From a virus (lineage: Duplodnaviria > Caudoviricetes): 41,285 nt of DNA. The translations under genes were made by a program, and so were the position numbers. The notes below the pieces were generated by a model that made no database searches, had not been told where the DNA came from, and worked only from the letters and a program-made list of their open reading frames with translations. Position 1 is the first letter of the stretch. Every line of letters starts with the position of its first letter. The stretch is taken from the IMG/VR virus record IMGVR_UViG_3300020403_000027, positions 1 to 41,285 of that record; one strand, 5' to 3'. Positions 7,401-18,400 of this stretch are shown here, piece after piece.

Positions 7401-9291
7401 CGATTCTTTTCCAAAGACTATAGTTTTGGGTTTCGACGGTTGCAAATACTGTTGTACCAGTATATTGGTTGGAATAAAAGCCAGTAAATTGACCAGAATA
7501 TATAGCAGTCCATTGACCAGAATAATAACCAGCATATGCTCCTCTATATCCACCTTGATATTGACCGGAGAAAATTTGTGCCCATCCTTGAGAGAATATA
7601 CCAGAATATGTTCCTGAATAAGTTGCAGAATATGTTGGACCTTCTGAACTAGCTCTAGGATTAGTTTCACTTTCAGGATGAACACTGGTATTAGATCCAT
7701 AAGTTAAGGTATATGCTCCTCTATACCCTCCTGTATATCCTCCTTGATACTGACCTGAATATACTCCTTCCCAACCCTGTGAGAAAATACCAGAATAAGT
7801 TGCTGAATAAATTCCTTCATATCCAGCAGAATAAATTCCTTCAAAGCCTTGTGAATAGATACCTTCATAGCCTTGAGAATATATTACGTCTCCGGTAGTT
7901 GTTAAAACATCATATACATTACCACAGAATTGCCATGTACCAGTTCCTGGAGCAGTATTACCTGTTTGTACAGAATAAGTACCAATTATAGTACTACTTA
8001 CATCAGACATTAAATGATCTATCCAATATAACTGTAATCCAGCATCATCAGCTGTACCTTGTAATGTTCCTGAATGACCAAATGTTTGAACGGTATTAGC
8101 TTCTTTTAAATCAGAATTGTCAGTAGTTAATAAAGGAAAGAATATAGCTTCGTCAGTAGCAGCTCCTGGAAAGTTACCTGGTGCAACATAATCTCCGTTT
8201 GAACCTGAAAATGCAGTAACACTATTAGCAGCTCTTGCTAAAGTATTAGCATTAGAAAGAGATCTAGAACCTCCCCATCCTCTTACAGCACCTGATTCTT
8301 TTCTATGTAAATAATAAGCTACGTTAGCTGTAGAAGTAGATCTGGAAGTATCTGTATACCATAATTCACTATGCCAGGTTCCTGATGCACCATCTGGATC
8401 ACTTGTATCTGATCCAATTTGGTATGATCCTACTGTATTAGAAGCACTAGTAAAATAAGCATTACATCTAGCAATAACTTGAGTTCTATATTCTGTATCA
8501 GATAAATGGGTTGGTTGATTACTACTAGAGTCAACTCCAAAGAAATGAGTAATACTATCTAAATCATCAGCATGGGCTGGATTAGTACTACCATTATAAG
8601 GTTTAGAACCTGCTTGTTGTTCTAATGAATATTGAGTAGTTGTTACTGTATTAGATACTGGATGAGCTCCTACAGCATCAGATGTTCTAAATCTATCATT
8701 AATAGTTCCAACTAAATTATATCCTGCTGTATTTGAAACTCCTGCGAGAGGTCTTACCATACCTCTCCAATTATCGTTATCAGCAGTTCCTTTAGTATAA
8801 CTTCCCCATCTGTTCATAATACTGGGAACTAAAGAATCATCAACCTGATCATTAGTCATTTCTCTAACTCCCCAGCTTTGTACTTTTTCAAATACAACAC
8901 CTACGCTAGTTACGCCAGCATAAGATGAGCCTGATGAATTAAGATAATTCCAGAAGTTAACTGTAGCACCTGTAGGATCTTTTGCTCCATCTGCAGCAAA
9001 CCTTAAAATTGTAGAAGCGCCAGTATTTGTAACTGTATCAACTTTAATCCATTGTCCAACGCTTAATAATCCATATTGTTGATATCTTATAACTATATAA
9101 TCACCAGCTGAAATAGTATCATCATAAGTACCGCCAGCAGGGTAAGTAGTTATAGTATCTATCTGTCCAGATGTAGCCGTGTATGAAGCTGTCGGTTTTA
9201 CTGAACCTTTATAAAGAGTAGTGCCTGCTATAGATAATTCAGTATTAGCACCTAGAGGATAGATTCGTAATAACTTGCCATTAGTAGCCAT
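7396..9291 (-). CDS. Putative virion fibre/appendage protein with C-terminal aromatic tetrad repeats (paralogue B)
   Basis: 631 aa, S/T/G-rich. APGTGTW..[repeat insert]..YSLWKRIG C-terminal module; paralogous to 9291..10661. Confidence 0.7.
   Translation of the reverse strand: MATNGKLLRIYPLGANTELSIAGTTLYKGSVKPTASYTATSGQIDTITTYPAGGTYDDTISAGDYIVIRYQQYGLLSVGQWIKVDTVTNTGASTILRFAADGAKDPTGATVNFWNYLNSSGSSYAGVTSVGVVFEKVQSWGVREMTNDQVDDSLVPSIMNRWGSYTKGTADNDNWRGMVRPLAGVSNTAGYNLVGTINDRFRTSDAVGAHPVSNTVTTTQYSLEQQAGSKPYNGSTNPAHADDLDSITHFFGVDSSSNQPTHLSDTEYRTQVIARCNAYFTSASNTVGSYQIGSDTSDPDGASGTWHSELWYTDTSRSTSTANVAYYLHRKESGAVRGWGGSRSLSNANTLARAANSVTAFSGSNGDYVAPGNFPGAATDEAIFFPLLTTDNSDLKEANTVQTFGHSGTLQGTADDAGLQLYWIDHLMSDVSSTIIGTYSVQTGNTAPGTGTWQFCGNVYDVLTTTGDVIYSQGYEGIYSQGFEGIYSAGYEGIYSATYSGIFSQGWEGVYSGQYQGGYTGGYRGAYTLTYGSNTSVHPESETNPRASSEGPTYSATYSGTYSGIFSQGWAQIFSGQYQGGYRGAYAGYYSGQWTAIYSGQFTGFYSNQYTGTTVFATVETQNYSLWKRIG
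7453..7881 (-). repeat. Degenerate 12-nt/4-aa repeat array: 15 tetrads, 23-aa loop, 15 tetrads
   Basis: (Y/F/W)xxx period such as YSQG YEGI YSGQ; 429 nt = 143 aa = 60+23+60. Confidence 0.9.
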
Positions 9292-10661
9292 TAAGCAATT
9301 CTCTTCCAGAATGTGTATGTTTGAGAGCTTAATGAAGCTAACACTGTTAAACCTGTATATTGGTTACTGTAAATACCTGCATACTGATTGCTATATATTC
9401 CAACATAAAAGAAACTGTAGAAACCTTCAAAACCCCCTGAATATATTCCTTCATAACCTCTACTATATATACCCACATATTGACCAGAATATATTCCTTC
9501 ATATTGATTAGAGTAAATACCAGTAAACTGATTTGAATATTGACCGGAATAGATACCGGAGAATACTCCTGAGAAGTCTCCTGAATAGATTGGTCCTTGA
9601 GAACTTCCTCTAGGATTAGGACTTTCACCACCTGACCCATAAGTTAATTGATATGCTCCTCTAAAACCGCCCTGATAACCTCCTTGATATCCACCTGAGT
9701 AACCCTGTGAATAAAATCCTTCAAAACCTCTTGAATATAATCCAGTCCATTGACCTGAATAACTTCCTGCATATTGATTAGTATATGTACCAGTAAATTG
9801 TCCAGAAAATAATCCTGTATATTGTCCTGAATATATTCCTTCATAATACATTGAGTAAATACCCTCAAAGCCCTGAGAGTATATTACATTACCTGTATCA
9901 GTTAAATAATCTACATATGTACCAACTTGAACCCAAGTACCAGTTCCAGGAGCTGATGATCCTGTTTGCATCTGATAATCACCAATAGTTTCTACATTAA
10001 ATAGATAATTTCTCCATTCTGCAGCTAATGATTGAATATCACCATCAGACATCTCCTGAACGCCATCATTACCTGTTCTATTGTAAACCGGCCTGGAACC
10101 AGAAGTAGAAGTAGGTCCTGTTTTTCTCCATAATTTATAATCAGTAGAACTATCTGCTCCGGATTGTCTATATGATTCTGTTAATGTATCACCACATTGA
10201 GTCCAGGTATCACCATCAGGTGCAGCTGTTCCAAAGAAATAGCCTCCTACTGGATAGAGATTAGTTTTCCAGTTATTTGCAACTCTAACTAAAATTTTAG
10301 CTTGAAGATCAGCTGTAGACATTTGTTGTAGTTTACCGCCTGAAGTAATCCATTTTGTAGGATAAACTACATCAGATAATCCTGCTGAATTAGATTTTTC
10401 TTGATTTATAGAATAGTTAGTAGTGGTAAAATTACTGGCAGTAATAGGGTGATCACCTACGTCATCATCTCTTAATCTATTAATAAGTCCGCCAACATTT
10501 CCGGAGTTGTTAGCGTAGGCAGTTACGTTCCCTCTAACATTAAACGCGTTGTTAGCAGCAAACTCCTTTAATACTAAAGGGACTATAAAACTGTCTATTT
10601 CTGCATCGGTCATTTCTTGTAATGCCGATCCAGAGTTGTAAACCTTTAAAGGTGTTGTCAT
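9291..10661 (-). CDS. Putative virion fibre/appendage protein with C-terminal aromatic tetrad repeats (paralogue A)
   Basis: 456 aa; three modules starting LQEMTD/LQQMST/VQEMSD; APGTGTWVQVG..[repeat insert]..YTFWKRIA. Confidence 0.7.
   Translation of the reverse strand: MTTPLKVYNSGSALQEMTDAEIDSFIVPLVLKEFAANNAFNVRGNVTAYANNSGNVGGLINRLRDDDVGDHPITASNFTTTNYSINQEKSNSAGLSDVVYPTKWITSGGKLQQMSTADLQAKILVRVANNWKTNLYPVGGYFFGTAAPDGDTWTQCGDTLTESYRQSGADSSTDYKLWRKTGPTSTSGSRPVYNRTGNDGVQEMSDGDIQSLAAEWRNYLFNVETIGDYQMQTGSSAPGTGTWVQVGTYVDYLTDTGNVIYSQGFEGIYSMYYEGIYSGQYTGLFSGQFTGTYTNQYAGSYSGQWTGLYSRGFEGFYSQGYSGGYQGGYQGGFRGAYQLTYGSGGESPNPRGSSQGPIYSGDFSGVFSGIYSGQYSNQFTGIYSNQYEGIYSGQYVGIYSRGYEGIYSGGFEGFYSFFYVGIYSNQYAGIYSNQYTGLTVLASLSSQTYTFWKRIA
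9348..9881 (-). repeat. Degenerate 12-nt/4-aa repeat array: 20 tetrads, 18-aa loop, 20 tetrads
   Basis: 534 nt = 178 aa = 80+18+80; units YSQG, FEGI, YSGQ, YSNQ, YTGL. Confidence 0.9.
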
Positions 10662-10681
10662 TTGTTATCATCGACTTTGTA

Positions 10682-12211
10682 TTATGGTCCAAGCCTTGTA
10701 CCGGATGAATCATATATTCCAAAAGCTACCCAATTTGTGGTACCAGCTGAATCTGTACTCTTTGCAATATAATTAGCTGCTGCTGTACCTCCTGCTGTTG
10801 TTTTAAAAGCACCTGCATGAGTAATAGTTCCATCAGCAACTATGTTTGCATCAATATCTAGATCTCCATCCATATCAATGGTGCTTGTAAAATGAGCACT
10901 AGTTGTTTTAAAACCATCTGTGGCAACCCATTTACTAACAGTACTATTCCATAGAATACTATGAACTGTGGTTCCAGGTATAATAATACCGCCACCACTC
11001 GCTGTAGCATCAGTATGAGCTTTAGCGAAATCAAACGTACCTGATCCAGAATATCCATCAATAGTAAAAGTAGACGTACTTGGTACTGTAGCGACATCAT
11101 ATATTGCTTCTGCTGTTAGTCCTGAAGTTCCTGCATTAGTAATAAAAATTTTATCAGATGTTGTTAATCCGTGAGTTACGGTTGCATTATTTCTTTGTGA
11201 AGTAATTGTACCTGAACTTGCATCTGATTCACTAAAAATGTTACTTGCCAATCCAAATACCATTGTCTTATCTTCAGAAACCATAATGGTTGTATCATTA
11301 TAAGTTCTGGTTCCTTGTACGACAAGATTACCTGTAATAATAACTGAGTTAGCATCTAATGTAATAGACTCTGTTTCAAAATTAGCAAAACTGGAAACCG
11401 CAACGTTCATCCATGCACCACCAGAAATAAAAGTATTACCTCTTAAATTTGTTCTGTTGGTATGATTTACTGTTCCGGATACATTAACCGTTCCTGCAAC
11501 TTGAAGCATAGCATCACCAACTGTTGATCCTGTTCCAATTGCAAGGTTTCCGGATTGTCCGAGATTCATTCTTTCTGTTGACGAGCTCTCAGAGTTCCCA
11601 GTAAAGAATCTTATTATATCCTCATCTGAGGAATTTTCAACTGTTATTTTGGTATCCGCATCTTGGTCTTGAGGAATTGCTAATGATTCAAATAATGAAC
11701 CTGTATTACCCTCAAATCTACTTAGAGTAGTATTCCATCTAATAGATCCTGTTCCACCTGCTCTTTGAGCTGTAGTACCTTGTGGAATTGTAAGCGATGT
11801 TATTGAGTTAGCTCCAACAATTCCACTTACATGAACTGTTCCCCATCTGTAAGTAGAATTACCAAAGTTTCTATCACCATCAGTATAAGGAATAGTATCA
11901 GTATTAATTCTTGAATTTATAGCTAGGACGTCATTACCATCTGAACCAATAGTAGAATTTGCATTAAAAACTACATTTCCGTGTGCAGTAACATCAGTGT
12001 GTACTAAAACACTTCCACCAATAACAGCTGAAGCTTTAATTCCAATACCACCATTAGATGTTATGGCACCTGTTGTATTAGTAGTACTATTGGTAGTATT
12101 AGAAATATGTAATGCGTCTTTTCCACCACCCGATTGCGTATACATCAACAACTGATTGGTACGCGTTCTCCATAAATCAAACGTATCTGATAACGCTACA
12201 TTAGCTGCCAT
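10682..12211 (-). CDS. Tail fibre-like structural protein
   Basis: N-terminal SDTFDLWRTRTN anchor motif of T4-like fibres; GAITSNGGIGI, IPQGTTAQR..IRWNTTLSRFEG and DADTKITVE..IRFFTG fibre shaft motifs. Confidence 0.7.
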   Translation of the reverse strand: MAANVALSDTFDLWRTRTNQLLMYTQSGGGKDALHISNTTNSTTNTTGAITSNGGIGIKASAVIGGSVLVHTDVTAHGNVVFNANSTIGSDGNDVLAINSRINTDTIPYTDGDRNFGNSTYRWGTVHVSGIVGANSITSLTIPQGTTAQRAGGTGSIRWNTTLSRFEGNTGSLFESLAIPQDQDADTKITVENSSDEDIIRFFTGNSESSSTERMNLGQSGNLAIGTGSTVGDAMLQVAGTVNVSGTVNHTNRTNLRGNTFISGGAWMNVAVSSFANFETESITLDANSVIITGNLVVQGTRTYNDTTIMVSEDKTMVFGLASNIFSESDASSGTITSQRNNATVTHGLTTSDKIFITNAGTSGLTAEAIYDVATVPSTSTFTIDGYSGSGTFDFAKAHTDATASGGGIIIPGTTVHSILWNSTVSKWVATDGFKTTSAHFTSTIDMDGDLDIDANIVADGTITHAGAFKTTAGGTAAANYIAKSTDSAGTTNWVAFGIYDSSGTRLGP

Positions 12212-12434
12212 CTTTATCCTTTTCTAAAACTTTCATTAATAATTGTTCTATTCTAGTCACAGTATTTTTTAACTGTTCGATTTCAGCACTTGTACTTTCT
12301 CTTTCTTTGAGATAATTTTGTGCTTGCTGTCTTTGCATCCTATGTTTATTTAGAGCATTTCTATCCGTAGCTAATAAAGCTTTTGAATGCATATCTCTAA
12401 CAAATCTAGGATCTTCAGTTTGTATTTTACTCAT
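12201..12434 (-). CDS. Small coiled-coil protein following the DUF4815 gene
   Basis: FVRDMHSKALLATD plus C-terminal coiled coil; overlaps both neighbours; a similar gene follows VrlC-like genes in marine T4-like phages. Confidence 0.7.
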   Translation of the reverse strand: MSKIQTEDPRFVRDMHSKALLATDRNALNKHRMQRQQAQNYLKERESTSAEIEQLKNTVTRIEQLLMKVLEKDKDGS

Positions 12435-15400
12435 CTAAAGCTATTGCTCTTAAATCTGACACTTTAGGAACATTTGTAGTTGAAGTTGATAACAACGCTA
12501 ATTTAACAGCAAATGTTTTAAACTTCTTATAATTAGTTCCATTATCATCTGTATAATCAATTGAATCGCCAGAAGATTTAAATATATATTCTCTGTAATC
12601 GTCTTCATTAAGCGAATGAGAAGAAGCAGGAGTTTCCTGCTCTAATAATATATAGTCTCTATCATCGAATGATGCTGAATCATCTGGACTTAAAACTTTT
12701 GCATAAGCTACTATAGTAGCGCTTTCAGGCTTATAAGCATTTACTATTACTTTTAAATCTTCTGCTTCAAAACCATCTTCAAGATTTACTTTTCTTGTAA
12801 TATATTTAGCATTAATTGGTCCACCTTGAGCATCTAATTCACTACTAATCACTACATTAGCAAAATTATCTCCGGTATGACCAGTATCTGTTATAGTTAA
12901 TGTTGGAGTTCCAGTATAACCTGAACCTCCATTAGTTACTGTTGCTGCAGTAATCGCTCCAGCTGCTACAGTTAATGAAACTGTTGCACCTGTTCCTCCA
13001 CCTCCACTAACAGTTGCAACTGCTGAAGATGTATGGTTTGTACCTGCATTAACTATATAAATTTGTGAGTTAGATAGAACAGCATTATCTACATCGTTTT
13101 CAATTGTTGTTAAATGAAATCTAGTAGTATCAATCATAGGTGATACTAATTTAGATGTAGATCTAATTGTAACGTGAGCGCTAAAACTGTTTGCTGTATT
13201 AGCTTGCATAATCATACGTTCATCTAAGGTCACATTTTTATCTCTTTCACCAGCAACATAATTAGTAGTAGAATAACTACCCGATGTATTAGTAGTTTTA
13301 TAAGCAGTAGTTACTGTTGAACTATCAAATAACATCATACTAGTATTAAACTTATATGCATCAATCATTACATTAGCAGATGCTGCTGATTGACTAGATG
13401 AGTTTGACATTAATATTAAGTTACCTGCATTCGTAGTAGTAAAATCACATCTATTAACTCTCATCATTAAAGCTTCACCAGGAGATTGCTGTGGCATTCC
13501 TGCATTAGTAGGTAAGTATAATGTCTCTACATTAGGCTGTTTTGGTATTCTAATAGTAGGACTAATTGATGTTGCGCTTAATGGGCTTAATCCTTGCTCA
13601 GCAGTGAATAGCTGATACTCTGAACTATTACTAAGAACTACCAATGCATATTCATCTCCAGGTAAATATACTGGAGCTGGAAATTCAAAAGTAGTATAAT
13701 GTGAAGAGTTAGAAGCATCAGGTGCACCAGTTTGTGCATTTATTTCTTCTGGTCTTAATACTGCTTCTCCAAAAGGTAATATAGTTCCAGAGCTAGGGTA
13801 ACCGTTTATAATAGGTCTTAATTGAACTGTTACCGGAGGCTGAGGTGTACTACTATTTGCAGTAGCTTTTTGTCTAAACCAGAGATCAACACTCTTTACA
13901 AAACAACCTTCTGGAAATCTACTCTTATTAACAATAAATGTTTGAGCCATTGGATCCATCCAAGCGGATGAACTTTCAATTCTATTAGTAGGGCTTGTAA
14001 TAACATTTTCGTTCTGTACATCTTCTCTTCTTGAAGTAGAGGGTCTTACTGAAACTGAATTAGGTTCTCTTCCATCTACTAATCCTCTTGCATGGAAAGT
14101 ACATTCAGCTGCCATTTGAGCAGTAGATACATTATGAGTAGTAGCAATTGTTCTATCTGCTATTCTTAATAATCTTTCTCCAGTCTTTACTTGACCTCTA
14201 GGAACATCTATTATTCCTGCAAACTCTCCTGCAAAATTAGTTGCCATGTAATCTACTTGACCTTTTGTAGGAACTGTTTTGTTAGAGATTACACAATTAA
14301 TTCCACTATTAGAAGAAAGTATAGTAGCTGATCCAGAACCAAAAGCTTGATCTAAATTAGAATCATCTCCATTACCATCAACAGCTTTTACTACTTTAAT
14401 ATATGCAGTTGCAGTTCCACCAGCAGTAGTTTTACTATTAAGCAATACTTGAGCAACATTAGAACCCTGAGATAAAGTTTCTCCTGTAATTAAATGCTTT
14501 GATGTATCTACATTATTCAGTGTAACAAAAGGCATTGGGTAACAGTTTGAAGTAATATTAGTACCATCAAAGAATACACTTACATTAGTAGAAGGTTTTA
14601 ATCCTTTAGCTACAAAATAAATTCTTCCATCATCTTTAGTGCTTTGAGATGCAAGAATATGAGGTCTCATAAAAAATGTTAATGAGATATCTGTAACTTT
14701 ATTTCCTAATGATCTTTTAATACTATCTGGAATATTTTTAGATGTAATACCTCTTAAAGTTTTACCTTGTGATATTAATTTAGCTTTTCTTTTACCAATT
14801 GAAGTATCACCTGCGCTACTAACACTAATTTCAGGCTCAGGATTAATTTGTTCTCCTGTCCAGTTTTTAGTCCAATTATCCCATTGTGATCCATGACCTG
14901 CTCTATAAGCTCCAAACTGCCAATTATCATTAACACCTTCTAAGTTAACTAAAACTTCAGGTCTTGTTTGTAAATCAAACCAAGTATCAGAATCTGGAAA
15001 TGTTTTTACACCTCCTGTAAACTGAGCTAAGCCAAAAGGATTTATAGTTTTAGATCCACTTGCTAAAGGTTGATTTATTAAATTAGCATATGTATAGGGT
15101 AATGTTACTATCTCTTTACCAGCCATATGATGTGTAATATTATTGCTGGTAGAATCACCTGTAAGATAAAATGTATAATCATCCGTAATATATGGAGGTC
15201 TTAATTCGTTTTTTTCTATATCAATTGATACTTTATAGTCCGTATTAACAACATCACCAATTGAATGACCTTTAAATCCATCTACTAAGATTCCATTTTT
15301 AAATCTGTCTCCTGCAGGATTAAATAATGAATCTTGAGTTGATCCACCTGATATTGATGAAGCAGCTGCTTCTTTTTCTAGCATAGATAGAGCAGTATAA

Positions 15401-18400
15401 TATTCTAAGTTTTCTATTCTCTTTTCTAGCTTACCAATATCTCTCATTGTATATCTTCTGTTATCAATATACTTTGTTTTTACATCATCGGTAGTAAAAG
15501 TATAAGGAGGAACAGTTAAAGTATACAATGTCATAGAATCGTCATCATCAGGAGGTGCAATAGGCTCTAATGATGGAATACCTTTTAGTACTTTAAATTG
15601 TCTATCTTTTGAAAGTACTATTTTATCTTTTCTTCCAAGATAATAGTTAACATTAAATTGAAAAGTATATTCTGGATCTGGTGTACCTCCAGCTGATCCT
15701 AACTGTGAAGCAGGAATAGCTGAGTTATTAGATGTCATATCATTTGTAGTATTAGCACCCTTATCATTATTAGCTGAATAACGAGATGGTCTAAAATCTA
15801 AACAATCTCTTAATTCAATTTCTTGACCGGTGGTTGGACTAGTATATTGAGGAATAGCTGAAAAGTTAAATCCTTTTCTCTTTACTCCATCTAATCCATA
15901 ATGATATCCAGTATTAGCAGAAGTATCACCAGCATAAGATGCTACAGAAAAATAACCAGCTAAAGCATCTTGTATAGGTGGTGTCAAAGCAGGGTTACTA
16001 AAATGGTCAACTATTACTAACAATCTACCTGTAGGTGCAGGAGATCCTGGTTTAAGTATAATTGATGCCCAGTCATAAAAATTATCTCTTTGACCTGTAT
16101 CTAAATCATAATTTGAAGTAACATCAGATGCTGTAGTAGAAACAGAATCTCTAATGTTTTGTACCATAGTAGTACTTACATCTAAATTAGGATCTCCTGA
16201 ATCAATTACATAAACTAGATTTAGTACATCTGAAATCATTAATACATCTTTTTTACCTGCTTGTTTATTAGGATTAATAAAATGTACTTGACCTTTTGAA
16301 ATATCTGATACACTACCAATAACTGTAGTATTACCTACTGTTAAAGTTTTTGATCTAGGAGTAGCATTTGCTGTTCTTATTGTCGATATTACTTCAACTT
16401 GATATGCACCACTATTTGAATTTAAATTTAAAGTAGTTTGTGTAGCACTATCAATTGTTGCTGTTCTTCCTGTTGAAGCATCAAAATTTAAAACTTGACC
16501 TGCGGTTAATTCATCTCCTGTTACTACATCTATAGGAGGATTAGCTGAGTCATCAATAGTTTTTACTGTGACTGTAAATAATTCTTTTGCTGTAGAAGCA
16601 GCTTGTAATCCTGATCCAACAAAAGATCCAGATGCTGTCGATACAGTTGTTGTTCCTGCTATTGGAACAGATACTGTTTGAAATGTTTTGTAATTATAAG
16701 AAACACCATCAGGTATAGTTTCTAATGGACTGAAAGGTAATTGATAAAGTAATGTATTTTTACTCACTTTACCTAATACTGCTGTACCATTAGGATCATT
16801 ATTGAATCTTGAAAGCTTATCTACATCTGCAGATGTAGTTTTAATTACGTGAGTTGCATTAGCTTCGTTTAATTGATCAATTGTAGCGTGCTTTATAGCT
16901 AATGAACCTAAATCTTGAAATTTAAAAGAAATAGTAAAAGTACTATTTGATAATACTTTTTGAGATAAAGATGTATTACAAGTAATGGTATGTTGTGATC
17001 CTATAGCAACGTATTCAGCAATAGTAACTGTATCACTTGTAACTGTAGAACCATTAGTTGTATTAACTGTTAATGTAGCTCCATTATATGCACCATTACT
17101 AAATGATGTAATATTATCAGGAACATTAAAAGATGTTAAGTTGTCACCTTCACCACTTACTTGCCCGGTGATGGTCTGATCCAGTCTAATATCATAAAGT
17201 CTTGATGCATATACTGAATGATAATGTGTAGTATTAGACGATGTTAGATCTGCTTGTTCCCAATCTAGCGAACGAACTCTTGCAGTTCCCATTTTCGTTT
17301 GATTGTATTTTGTCAACGCATTTGTATCATTTACCATAGCATTAACAGAAGCGGAAGGACAACAATGCAGATCTACCAATTCATGTTTGGAAATATCGAA
17401 CGTACCTTTGACATTATTAAGATACAATTCATTACCATAATCTGATGCAACGATGTAGTCATACACATTAGCTGTATCTCTACCTCTTTCTACATCAATA
17501 TACTGAGTAGCAATACTTTCGTATTCATACCCTTTTACGTATGCTTTACCAGCTTCTAAACCTGCAGAAAATAATACATTATTTCCATTTACATGAGGTT
17601 TTAATTGTATACCGAACGGACGTACAGTATATGAACCTGATTCATCATATGTACGTCTAGCTAATGTTTTTTCTAATTCGGCATAAATTGGAATTTTAGT
17701 TTCAGAAGTTTTGAAACCGTTTTCCATTCTGGCTAATTCAATAAATTTTTCGCCAGCAAATTCTGTTATAGTTGAAGAAGTTGTAGTTTCAGTTCCATCA
17801 GCAGCAATTGTAGTAGTAACAATATCTAATGCTGATAACTTTAATGATAATTTAAATCTATGACCTCCAGGAGCTGCATAGTTAGAAGTTCCTTGAGCGT
17901 TGTCTAAGATAGATGAATCATCATCAGGATCAATAATTTCTTCTGTAACGGTTAAACCAACTCTTTTAGTTGGTAAATGGTTATACTTATCTAAGGATAC
18001 TGTCTCGGCATTATTTAATACAAAAAATCCACTAACGTAAAAACAGCCTTCAGTAATACTAGCTATAGAAGCAGTATTTTGAGCATTTTGAACACCAGAT
18101 GCTCCACTTAAACTTACAGTGTTAGCTTGAACAGGTGTTCCTTCTAATGTAGCAATTGTTTCACCATCTACAAAGTCACCACCTCCTAACTTTGAAAATA
18201 TCAAAGTAGGTTGATCTGAAACAGTTAAAGGTTCAGCTAATATTACTAAACCTTTAGCTCCAGATGTTGTACCATTAATAGTCTTACCAGCAAATGAAGT
18301 TACATTAATACTAGCATCTTCAAATGCTGATTCTAATTTGAGACTATTAACTTGTGTATTAAGAGTTACATCTCCACCAAAAACTTTACTACCTTCTTTG

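Noticed and set aside
7386-7898. Track ORFs 7386..7700, 7426..7617 and 7713..7898
   Set aside because: Shadow frames kept open by the 12-nt periodic repeat inside the 631-aa gene.
9275-9868. Track ORFs 9275..9511, 9347..9640 and 9644..9868
   Set aside because: Same repeat-driven artefact inside the 456-aa gene.
7453-9881. Repeat arrays as CRISPR or DGR template/variable repeats
   Set aside because: Degenerate in-frame coding repeats without spacers; differences are not adenine-specific; no reverse transcriptase or cas gene in the window.
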